A DNA stretch of 64,000 nt from an uncultured Oscillospiraceae bacterium. Lineage in GTDB: Bacteria; Bacillota; Clostridia; UMGS1883. Where the stretch lies: the NCBI GenBank assembly GCA_964572985.1, contig CAZNIC010000005.1, positions 6,777 to 70,776 of the forward strand, given 5' to 3'. Of this stretch, positions 28,823 through 35,905 are shown in pieces. The notes beneath the pieces were generated by a model. That model was not told the origin of the DNA. It ran no database searches and saw only the letters and a program-made list of their open reading frames with translations. Made by a program: the position numbers and the translations under genes. Every line of letters begins with the position of its first letter. Positions within the stretch are counted from its first letter, which is position 1.

Positions 28823-30085
28823 TTACACCTTGATTCCGCACTCAAAGCAGAACTTTGCGCCCTCAACCAACAAGCTGCCGCAATTTATACAACGAACTGC
28901 CTGCTTTGCTCCGCATTCAAAGCAGAACTTTGCACCTCGAGGCAACTTTGCACCACAACTACAAATGACTCCCTCCACTGCCTCTTCTACGACGGGGTTC
29001 GCTACAGTTTCTGTCGGTGGTGTGTGTGCACTTTCCATAGTCTGCGTTGCAGGCTCAACCACATGTTGGACTGTAGACTGAATCGGTTGCGGTGCTGCGG
29101 CAGAATTCATGGCTCCACCTACCATATTTCCTACAACACCACCCATTGTCCCGCCAATTCCTGCTATCATGCCCATGCCAATTCCAAGATTTGCGAACTG
29201 ACCTGAACTCTCGTTTCCGGCAACCTTTTCCGCAACATCAAAGCTTCTTTCATCCTGATATGTATAGCCCTCAAGTCTACGTTTTTCAGCAAGAGACTGA
29301 GCTTCCATAATACGCATCTGCGATTCAGTTTGCTGTCTTATAAGGCTTACCTGCTGCTGTGTCTGCTCTTCAAAGATGTCAGTATATCTACGAGAGGTTA
29401 TTTCCTTAAGCTTACGATATGCAGGGTCGTCATCAGGTCTTACAACAGAGGCTATAAAGAACTGCTTTAAAGAAACACCGTATTCTGCAAAGTCATTAAC
29501 AAGAAGATTTTTTATAGCTTCCGATAAAATATCCAGCTGACTGTCAATTTCAAAAATATTCAGCTGTTGTTCTTTAATTGTTCTCGCAAGATATGATTTC
29601 ACACGACTCATCAAAAGAACTCTAAAGTATTTTATTAATCCTTCAGGTGAAATTGAAGTTTCTGTACCGACCAGTCTTACCAAAAAGCCTGCTGCATCTG
29701 CAATTTGAAGACTCATTTCACCGCTTGCGCCTATTTCCATAGGAAAATTATATGTAGGTTCAATAAATTGCACCTTACTATCTGTTCCCCATTTTAAAGC
29801 CATTTTTTCCACCTTATTTACAAAGTAAACTTCACAATGAAATGTACTTTCGCCTCCGGTGGGTATATTCATCAGCTTTCTTAACAAAGGGATATTTTCT
29901 GTTTTTAAAACATAACGACCTGCCGTGAAGACATCTGCTATCTGCCCGTTTTTCAAGAATATTGCTTCCTGAGATTCGTGTACAATAAGAGTTGATGATG
30001 TGTTAAAATCCTCCGCAGGATGCTTCCATACCAGAGTGTTATTATCCCCCTCATACTTAATTACTTCTAAAAACTTCATTTTCAA
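28823..30085 (-). CDS. YdjI-like SPFH/band-7 superfamily protein with a Gly/Met-rich linker and a C-terminal double zinc ribbon
   Basis: 420 aa. The N-terminal 230 aa resemble my recollection of the COG4260/YdjI family (IVHESQEAIFLKNGQIADVF..., EVYFVNKVEKMALKWGT). The linker reads GIGMGMIAGIGGTMGGVVGNMVGG. The C-terminus reads CSCGAKLPRGAKFCFECGAKQ...CINCGSLLVEGAKFCFECG. Confidence 0.75.
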   Translation of the reverse strand: MKMKFLEVIKYEGDNNTLVWKHPAEDFNTSSTLIVHESQEAIFLKNGQIADVFTAGRYVLKTENIPLLRKLMNIPTGGESTFHCEVYFVNKVEKMALKWGTDSKVQFIEPTYNFPMEIGASGEMSLQIADAAGFLVRLVGTETSISPEGLIKYFRVLLMSRVKSYLARTIKEQQLNIFEIDSQLDILSEAIKNLLVNDFAEYGVSLKQFFIASVVRPDDDPAYRKLKEITSRRYTDIFEEQTQQQVSLIRQQTESQMRIMEAQSLAEKRRLEGYTYQDERSFDVAEKVAGNESSGQFANLGIGMGMIAGIGGTMGGVVGNMVGGAMNSAAAPQPIQSTVQHVVEPATQTMESAHTPPTETVANPVVEEAVEGVICSCGAKLPRGAKFCFECGAKQAVRCINCGSLLVEGAKFCFECGIKV

Positions 30086-30090
30086 ACTCC

Positions 30091-32037
30091 TTATCTATAG
30101 AAATATGTATCAAACTGTTCCACTATAGGTGTCATTGTTTTATCAACCGTACTTCCCAATATCTCATACTTTTCTTTAAGTTCATATACAATATCTTCAA
30201 TACAAGGTTTAACCACATTAGCATAATGCTCATTTCTTTTCACGCCGGCATTTTTTGCTTCACGTCTTATTCCAATATCTCTTAACACCACAACAATCGC
30301 CGACGCACTTGCTATAATAAATAAGATTACAGCTATAATATTTCCGTCAAGCAGTTCAAACACCATAACCGGAATTAATGCGCCAAGAACAACCAAAACA
30401 ACAAAACCTATACATCCGAATGTAATATCCGCGATTTCAAATCTGCTGTTGATAAGCACATACAAAGCTATTGACCATACAAAAGGCATCAGACCACTAA
30501 CATCAACAAAGGGCATCAGCAGTGCAGAAACCAGCAAAATCAGAGCACATACTATATCCTTTTTTTCGCCAAACAAACCTATGCCTTTCTTGCTTTTTTC
30601 ATCAAGCTCAATAAGCTTTTGATATTGTTCTGCATAATTTTGTTTTAGTTTGCCGACCAGATATTTTTCTCCGTCTCTTACATTATGTTGAAACTCTTTT
30701 TGCGTATTTTTATATTCCTGTTTGTGTTGTTGCGCTCTTCGTGCTTTTTCTGCCAACACCTCACTGTCCATATAGCTGCCGAGCGAATAAAAGTGTTGAA
30801 TCGCCTGTTCATAGTCTCCCTGTTCCAAGCACTCCTGTCCTTGTTTGTAAATTCGCTTGTTCAGGGTCATCTGCTCAAACGAATTCAACAAATTTTTCGT
30901 CTCTTCATCGGCAAACTGTTTTGCTCTTTTAAACATCAAGTTGTTTTCCCATACAATGTCAATGGAAAGGTCGTTAAGATTTCGTGCTTCATTATCTGCC
31001 AGCAACGCATAGAAATGTGCCTTTCCGTTTTCCGGCTGTACGTCTAACAGCTTGCTTATTCTGGTCTTAGCCCGAATAAAATTACGTTCCTTTAAATCCC
31101 GCTCAATTTCATCTATAGGATCAATATTATCTACCGGATGCGCTTTTTTTCCTACAACTTTCAATATACCGGCTATCAAATCCTGCATCGCACCGGGCTT
31201 GCTCCAATCTATTGCCGAGGTGTACGGGATTTCCCTGGGCAATCGGTCCTTGTCCATTCCGATACATATCGGATATAATTGTTTTCGTTTGTCCTTTTCC
31301 ATTATTGCCAAATATCGTTTCCACTCATTTTTTACCCAACGGGCATTGATATGATGTGGTTCGTCTGCGATAAGAAGCATTATTTTTGCAGAGTTAAGTG
31401 CCGCATAAATACGTGGCTCGTAGTCTTTTCCCAACATGTTTTCAAGAGTCACTCTTGAAAAGAACACCTTCACGCCTTCTTTTTCCAGTTGCGTATATAT
31501 TTCTTGCGCCTCAATACTGCCTCTTGTTCTCTCCCCATTATCTTTTTCAGCTTTGAAGCATATGAACACATCGTACGGCTTTTCTTTTCTTGATATTTCT
31601 AAAAATTTTTGTTGGATATCGGCAATTCTCATTGCCTCTTTACGATAAATATCCCTCTGATATTCATCTGCATATTTTAACGCATTAAGATAGTCTGAAT
31701 CATCTAATACGTTTTTGTCACTCAATCTGCTGCATGTAGGCAAATATTCTCCTTTTCGCACATCCTTCTCGTACTCAATACCATATCTGCACAGCATCAA
31801 ATTCCAGTAGGCCTCTGCTTCGCTGCTATCTTCCGCTATGATTTGTTGATATGCCAAGTATGCCTCGTCAAATGAACCCATTTGCCTAAAAGTATTTCCT
31901 CGATTGTAAAAATACGCTTTCTTGTCATCATCAATTTTCGGCAGTGTTACCTCGCAACCGCAGCTATCACAGATGCCATGAGTTTCACCGCTTATCTGAA
32001 TACTGCCCCCGCAAATTTTACATTTTAATATTGTCAT
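30091..32037 (-). CDS. Zn-ribbon / TPR-like / TIR-domain / C-terminal 4-TM protein (paralog B)
   Basis: 648 aa. CxxC...CxxC at aa 6-26. TIR-like core at aa ~154-297 (YDVFICFKAEKD...VFFSRVTL...SAKIMLLIADEPHHINARWVKNEWKRY). Hydrophobic helices at aa ~495-600. Confidence 0.75.
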   Translation of the reverse strand: MTILKCKICGGSIQISGETHGICDSCGCEVTLPKIDDDKKAYFYNRGNTFRQMGSFDEAYLAYQQIIAEDSSEAEAYWNLMLCRYGIEYEKDVRKGEYLPTCSRLSDKNVLDDSDYLNALKYADEYQRDIYRKEAMRIADIQQKFLEISRKEKPYDVFICFKAEKDNGERTRGSIEAQEIYTQLEKEGVKVFFSRVTLENMLGKDYEPRIYAALNSAKIMLLIADEPHHINARWVKNEWKRYLAIMEKDKRKQLYPICIGMDKDRLPREIPYTSAIDWSKPGAMQDLIAGILKVVGKKAHPVDNIDPIDEIERDLKERNFIRAKTRISKLLDVQPENGKAHFYALLADNEARNLNDLSIDIVWENNLMFKRAKQFADEETKNLLNSFEQMTLNKRIYKQGQECLEQGDYEQAIQHFYSLGSYMDSEVLAEKARRAQQHKQEYKNTQKEFQHNVRDGEKYLVGKLKQNYAEQYQKLIELDEKSKKGIGLFGEKKDIVCALILLVSALLMPFVDVSGLMPFVWSIALYVLINSRFEIADITFGCIGFVVLVVLGALIPVMVFELLDGNIIAVILFIIASASAIVVVLRDIGIRREAKNAGVKRNEHYANVVKPCIEDIVYELKEKYEILGSTVDKTMTPIVEQFDTYFYR

Positions 32038-32055
32038 ATTATTACCACCTTTTTA

Positions 32056-34053
32056 CTAATTTGCTTTTTCAATATCCAATGTCATCTTCCATGTATCCCA
32101 GGGTTTCTTTTCTTCTGTTCCGATTAAATCGCTATACTCTGTCTGTAATTTTTCTTTTACTTTTGCGCTTAACGGAGCAATAACTTTTTTCTGATACCCC
32201 GCACATTTCTTTGCGGCAGCTCTCCATCTTTTTCCTCTGATTGTCGAACTGATGATATTAAACAGGCAAATCAATGTGTGTATCAGCATCAAAAGAAAAA
32301 CAATGATTGCCACAACGCTCCTTAAAGGTTGTATAATATAAATAAAAGCAAGTATCAGTCCCGGAACTCCCGCAACAAAAGCGCTTACTACAATTTGCAG
32401 AATAATGCCAAAAAAACTTTCGTTGTACATTTCTGTTATATCCGCATATTCGTTGCTCATCCACGCCAAGGACGCTACAAGTCCTCCGCAGAAAATAAAG
32501 GGACTTAACAAGTAGATTATCGTCAGCGGCAACGTCATATTGTCGGGCAAATCCAGATTCATTAAATCTCTGCCGAACAATACACTGCCCAATATTATCG
32601 AATAATAGAGCCCGCTTAAAAAAACTGTTATCATTGCAATTACAGGCATTTTCAAACAACAAATACCCTTTGTGCCGGCTTCTTTTGAATATTCCGCATA
32701 CAAATCCGTATACTCTTTGTATTCTTTAGGATATGTACTTGCAATTTCTTCCCTGAGATATTTTGTAGAATTTTTACAAATCTCTATGTAATTTTTTTTC
32801 GCCTGAGCTTTTTCTGTGTATTCCAGCTGGCAACGAATTTTGCTTTCATATTTTTTCAGATATTCAAGCAAAATGTTACGAACAGCATTTCCACCATATT
32901 CTGCCAACATTTTAAAGCTCATATCGTTTACAAGCGCATTTTCATCAACAGTTTTCTTGAAAATATCATCCAATGATTTCAAATCATACTTTAGAAGCAA
33001 CATTTTAATATGAATTTTTTCCTCATTCATATATTCATGCACATAACTTTCAAGCAGTGCCAAGGCGTCCTCTTTTTTCCCGTCTTCCAAATATTGATCC
33101 GCTCTCATCATCAGCAAATCAATATTGCTTCCAATCGTTCCTAACGCCTTTCCTGTTTGATTTTTACCCAAATGACTAAGTATGTTTTCAGTCAAAGTTT
33201 CAATCGCACCCGGGTTATTTAATTCAATCGCCTGAATTCCTCGCGGGATTTCCGCAGGCAATTCCTTTGGTGAAACATCAACACATACTGGAATAAAAAG
33301 CTTTCCGGGATCTTCGTCGCACATTGACAAGTATCTTTTCCACTCACTTTTGACCCAGGGAGAATTTATGTTTCCACTCTCATCAGCAATCACCAACATT
33401 ATCTTTGCTGATTGCAGTGCCGCAAAAACAAGTGGTTCATATTCATCAGAGGAAGGCTTTGGTTCTACTCTTGAAAAAAACGCATGTACTCCCTCGCATT
33501 GCAGTCGATTATATATTCCCTGTGCACTTGCGTGGGCTCTTGATGTTTTTTGTGCACTGAATTTATTATTACAGCATATGAACACATCGCAAGGACCGCC
33601 TCGGTTTAATGCATCCATACTCTTTTCCCTAATATATTCAATTTTATCTGCTTCGGCACGATACAATTCTTTATTATAATAGTCGGCATTATCCACTGCG
33701 GCAAGGTAATCTATATCATCATAAATAGGTTTATTGTTTACTTTGCAGCAGGTCGGAATATATTCTCCATTTTCAACATCTAATACGTATTCAACCCCAT
33801 ATCTACACAGCATCAAACACCAATGCGCCTCTGCATCCTCCCTGTCCATTGCGATAAGATGTTCATAGGCAGACTCTGCTTTTTGATAGTTTCCTAACAT
33901 TCTGAAGTGATTTGCTCTATTATACATTTCCACTCTTTCATTGTCAGTTTTTTTCGGCAGACTTATCTCTCCTCCACAGCTGTCACATACGCCATGAGTT
34001 CCCCCTACAATCCGGATATTGCCTCCGCACATTCTGCATTTTAATATTGTCAT
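32056..34053 (-). CDS. Zn-ribbon / TPR-like / TIR-domain / C-terminal multi-TM protein (paralog A)
   Basis: 665 aa with the same architecture as paralog B. TIR-like core at aa ~154-296 (CDVFICCNNKF...AFFSRVEP...SAKIMLVIADESGNINSPWVKSEWKRY). The N-termini of the two paralogs are nearly identical (MTILKC[KR][IM]CGG). Confidence 0.75.
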   Translation of the reverse strand: MTILKCRMCGGNIRIVGGTHGVCDSCGGEISLPKKTDNERVEMYNRANHFRMLGNYQKAESAYEHLIAMDREDAEAHWCLMLCRYGVEYVLDVENGEYIPTCCKVNNKPIYDDIDYLAAVDNADYYNKELYRAEADKIEYIREKSMDALNRGGPCDVFICCNNKFSAQKTSRAHASAQGIYNRLQCEGVHAFFSRVEPKPSSDEYEPLVFAALQSAKIMLVIADESGNINSPWVKSEWKRYLSMCDEDPGKLFIPVCVDVSPKELPAEIPRGIQAIELNNPGAIETLTENILSHLGKNQTGKALGTIGSNIDLLMMRADQYLEDGKKEDALALLESYVHEYMNEEKIHIKMLLLKYDLKSLDDIFKKTVDENALVNDMSFKMLAEYGGNAVRNILLEYLKKYESKIRCQLEYTEKAQAKKNYIEICKNSTKYLREEIASTYPKEYKEYTDLYAEYSKEAGTKGICCLKMPVIAMITVFLSGLYYSIILGSVLFGRDLMNLDLPDNMTLPLTIIYLLSPFIFCGGLVASLAWMSNEYADITEMYNESFFGIILQIVVSAFVAGVPGLILAFIYIIQPLRSVVAIIVFLLMLIHTLICLFNIISSTIRGKRWRAAAKKCAGYQKKVIAPLSAKVKEKLQTEYSDLIGTEEKKPWDTWKMTLDIEKAN

Positions 34054-34079
34054 TCTTTCTTCTCTCCTAATACAGTATT

Positions 34080-34134
34080 GTTTGATTTTGATATATTCAC
34101 AAATTAATGCTTTACAAACACATCAAAATCAAAC
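34080..34134. promoter_or_regulatory. 13-bp perfect inverted repeat bracketing a weak promoter-like sequence upstream of TIR paralog A
   Basis: GTTTGATTTTGAT (34080-34092) and ATCAAAATCAAAC (34122-34134), 29 nt apart. Between them, on the minus strand, is TTGTAA-16-TATATC. RBS GGAGAG lies at about 34063-34068. Confidence 0.4.
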
Positions 34135-34139
34135 ATGTT

Positions 34140-34178
34140 TTAAAAAGATAGTGTGACATAAAACGTCACACTATCTTT
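34140..34178 (-). terminator. Terminator/attenuator-like hairpin between the first membrane-protein gene and TIR paralog A
   Basis: 14-bp stem AAAGATAGTGTGAC (34144-34157) / GTCACACTATCTTT (34165-34178). On the minus strand it is followed by TTAAAAC. It begins 8 nt after the stop at 34186. Confidence 0.5.
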
Positions 34179-34185
34179 ACAACCG

Positions 34186-34683
34186 TTATTTTGTCACTTT
34201 TATATAAGACTTTCTGTCCGCGGAAGCTTCGCCAACGTATTCACCGTTTGCGTTATATACCTTTGTGCCGTCAATATATAATATTTCTCCGTTTTCACCA
34301 ACAACTTCAGTTGGGCTCATTAACGTCCAAACTGCACCGATAAAGAATACCGCAATCTTGAATGTAATACCCAATCCAGATATAAGTATAGATATAAACA
34401 ACCTGCTCTTTAAAAAATCAGGACATTTACGATATATATTCCACCAGCAGAATGCACTTATAGCAGCTACTATTAAAGCACCCAACGCGGACGCAAACTC
34501 ACCACGGATTATACATGCTACTGTAGCAGCTACCCCCACAGGCAGACAGAGACACAAATATGCACTGACGCGTCCGTATACGCCAAAAGCTTTAAAAAGA
34601 CCGGTTGTCTTGCTTTCTTTAAATGCGCAGATTATTCCAAGAATCAACAAAACCAGTGCTGCAACAATCATTACGCCTTCCAT
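34186..34683 (-). CDS. Small membrane protein (4 TM plus a ~45-aa soluble tail); first gene downstream of the invertible segment
   Basis: Start moved to MEGVMIVAALV (34683), which has a GGAGG RBS at 34692-34696. The longer track ORF (to 34737) would run through inverted-repeat site IR-L. Confidence 0.65.
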   Translation of the reverse strand: MEGVMIVAALVLLILGIICAFKESKTTGLFKAFGVYGRVSAYLCLCLPVGVAATVACIIRGEFASALGALIVAAISAFCWWNIYRKCPDFLKSRLFISILISGLGITFKIAVFFIGAVWTLMSPTEVVGENGEILYIDGTKVYNANGEYVGEASADRKSYIKVTK

Positions 34684-34709
34684 TTTTATTCCTCCTTCCC
34701 TGATAATAC

Positions 34710-34732
34710 ACCACATAATAACAATTATGTGG
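34710..34732. repeat. IR-L: lox-like recombination-site candidate ACCACATAATAACAATTATGTGG
   Basis: It is the exact reverse complement of 34939-34961. It has 9-bp palindromic arms CCACATAAT/ATTATGTGG around an asymmetric AACA core. Confidence 0.8.
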
Positions 34733-34876
34733 TGCATTTAACTTACCAAATAATATTTTAATAACAGCGTATCTGTATTATGACACAACAAAAAAGACCA
34801 ATGTGCCTAAACTTTTTCATTGGTCCTTTTGTTGTACTTCTCTTTCATCAAAAACCACTTATATTGTTTGAAATTA

Positions 34877-34904
34877 TTGACATTTTGATATTTTATGCTA
34901 TAAT
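34877..34904 (+). promoter_or_regulatory. Consensus sigma-A type promoter inside the IR-flanked segment (currently facing away from the operon)
   Basis: TTGACA (34877-34882), 16-nt spacer, extended -10 TGcTATAAT (34896-34904). Confidence 0.7.
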
Positions 34905-34938
34905 TATTACCAATGGGATATATGTATTTCCCAAAGTG

Positions 34939-34961
34939 CCACATAATTGTTATTATGTGGT
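34939..34961. repeat. IR-R: lox-like recombination-site candidate CCACATAATTGTTATTATGTGGT
   Basis: It is the exact reverse complement of IR-L, with core TGTT. It lies 10 nt downstream of the recombinase stop codon and is followed by TCTTTTTTATTTT. Confidence 0.8.
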
Positions 34962-34971
34962 CTTTTTTATT

Positions 34972-35811
34972 TTAACACCTTAGCAATCCCAGCTTCTGTA
35001 TTTGGTTGCGGTGAATTTCGCCGCTTTCCATTGTATATATTCGGGTTGTATTTACATTTGAGTGACCTAAAATATCTGCAAGCCTTACTACATCCCTTTG
35101 AATGGAATAATACGTTCTTGCAAACAAATGTCTCAAATTGTGCGGAAACACCTTTTTCTCTGATACGCCTGCTTTCTTACAGAGTTTTTTCATATCTTTC
35201 CATATATTTGAACGGTCAAGCGGATTTCCGTTTTTGCTCACAAAAACAGGTCCTTTCTTAATCTTCTCTTTTTTTATAAAGTTTTTCAGCATCTTACACA
35301 ACATTACAGGCAATATAACTACCCTCAACTTCCCTTTGCAGTTAATTGTTGCCTGCCCTCTTTCCACAGCCTCTACCGTAATACATTTCAATTCCGATAC
35401 TCGTATCCCGGTAGAGCATATTGTCTGCATCAAAAAGAAAAGCTTTCTGTTTTTCTTTTTCTTTGCTGTGTCAATAAGCATTTCATACTCCTTTTTTGTA
35501 AGCTCTTTTTCTTGATTTATAAATATCTGTTTTTGAATTTTTACAAATTTTACTTTTAAGTTATTCCACCCTTTAAATAAAAAAAACGAGTTTATCGAAG
35601 AGAGCATTGAATTCACACTAACGGGAGCATATTGTTCAATTAATAAATTTTTGTATTCAAGCATAACCTCTTTATCAATTATTTTACCCTTGCTATATTC
35701 CGCAAATGCCTTAACATCCCGAATATATTTATCAGTAGTTGCTTTTGATTTTTCCTCCGCTATAAGAAACGTTTTAAATTCTTTTATCATGTCATCTGTA
35801 ATTTCTCTCAT
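34972..35811 (-). CDS. Tyrosine-type site-specific recombinase (short, Xer/invertase-like)
   Basis: About 279 aa. Catalytic signature: STGIRVSEL (Arg), HNLRHLF (His-x-x-Arg) and LGHSNVNTTRIY (His ... Tyr). It has an N-terminal SAM-like core-binding domain and no large arm-binding domain. The ATG at 35811 is preferred over the TTG at 35820. Confidence 0.88.
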   Translation of the reverse strand: MREITDDMIKEFKTFLIAEEKSKATTDKYIRDVKAFAEYSKGKIIDKEVMLEYKNLLIEQYAPVSVNSMLSSINSFFLFKGWNNLKVKFVKIQKQIFINQEKELTKKEYEMLIDTAKKKKNRKLFFLMQTICSTGIRVSELKCITVEAVERGQATINCKGKLRVVILPVMLCKMLKNFIKKEKIKKGPVFVSKNGNPLDRSNIWKDMKKLCKKAGVSEKKVFPHNLRHLFARTYYSIQRDVVRLADILGHSNVNTTRIYTMESGEIHRNQIQKLGLLRC

Positions 35812-35861
35812 ATATGTCAAATCCTTTCCGACAATTTTTTCATAATCATTTTATCACCAAT

Positions 35862-35905
35862 AAAACAAAACCACACTGTGCAAAAAACAAGTGTGGTTTT
35901 GTTTT
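35862..35905 (-). terminator. Terminator of the nucleotidyltransferase-fusion gene (right edge of the AT-rich locus)
   Basis: AAAACAAAACCACAC ... GTGTGGTTTTGTTTT. Confidence 0.75.

Noticed and set aside
34684-34983. The N-terminal extension of ORF 34186-34737 (MHHIIVIMWCIIREGGIK) and the 67-aa ORF 34780-34983
   Set aside because: The extension runs across IR-L and lacks an RBS, whereas the ATG at 34683 has a GGAGG RBS. The 67-aa ORF lies inside the putative invertible segment, spans the promoter and IR-R, and has no RBS.
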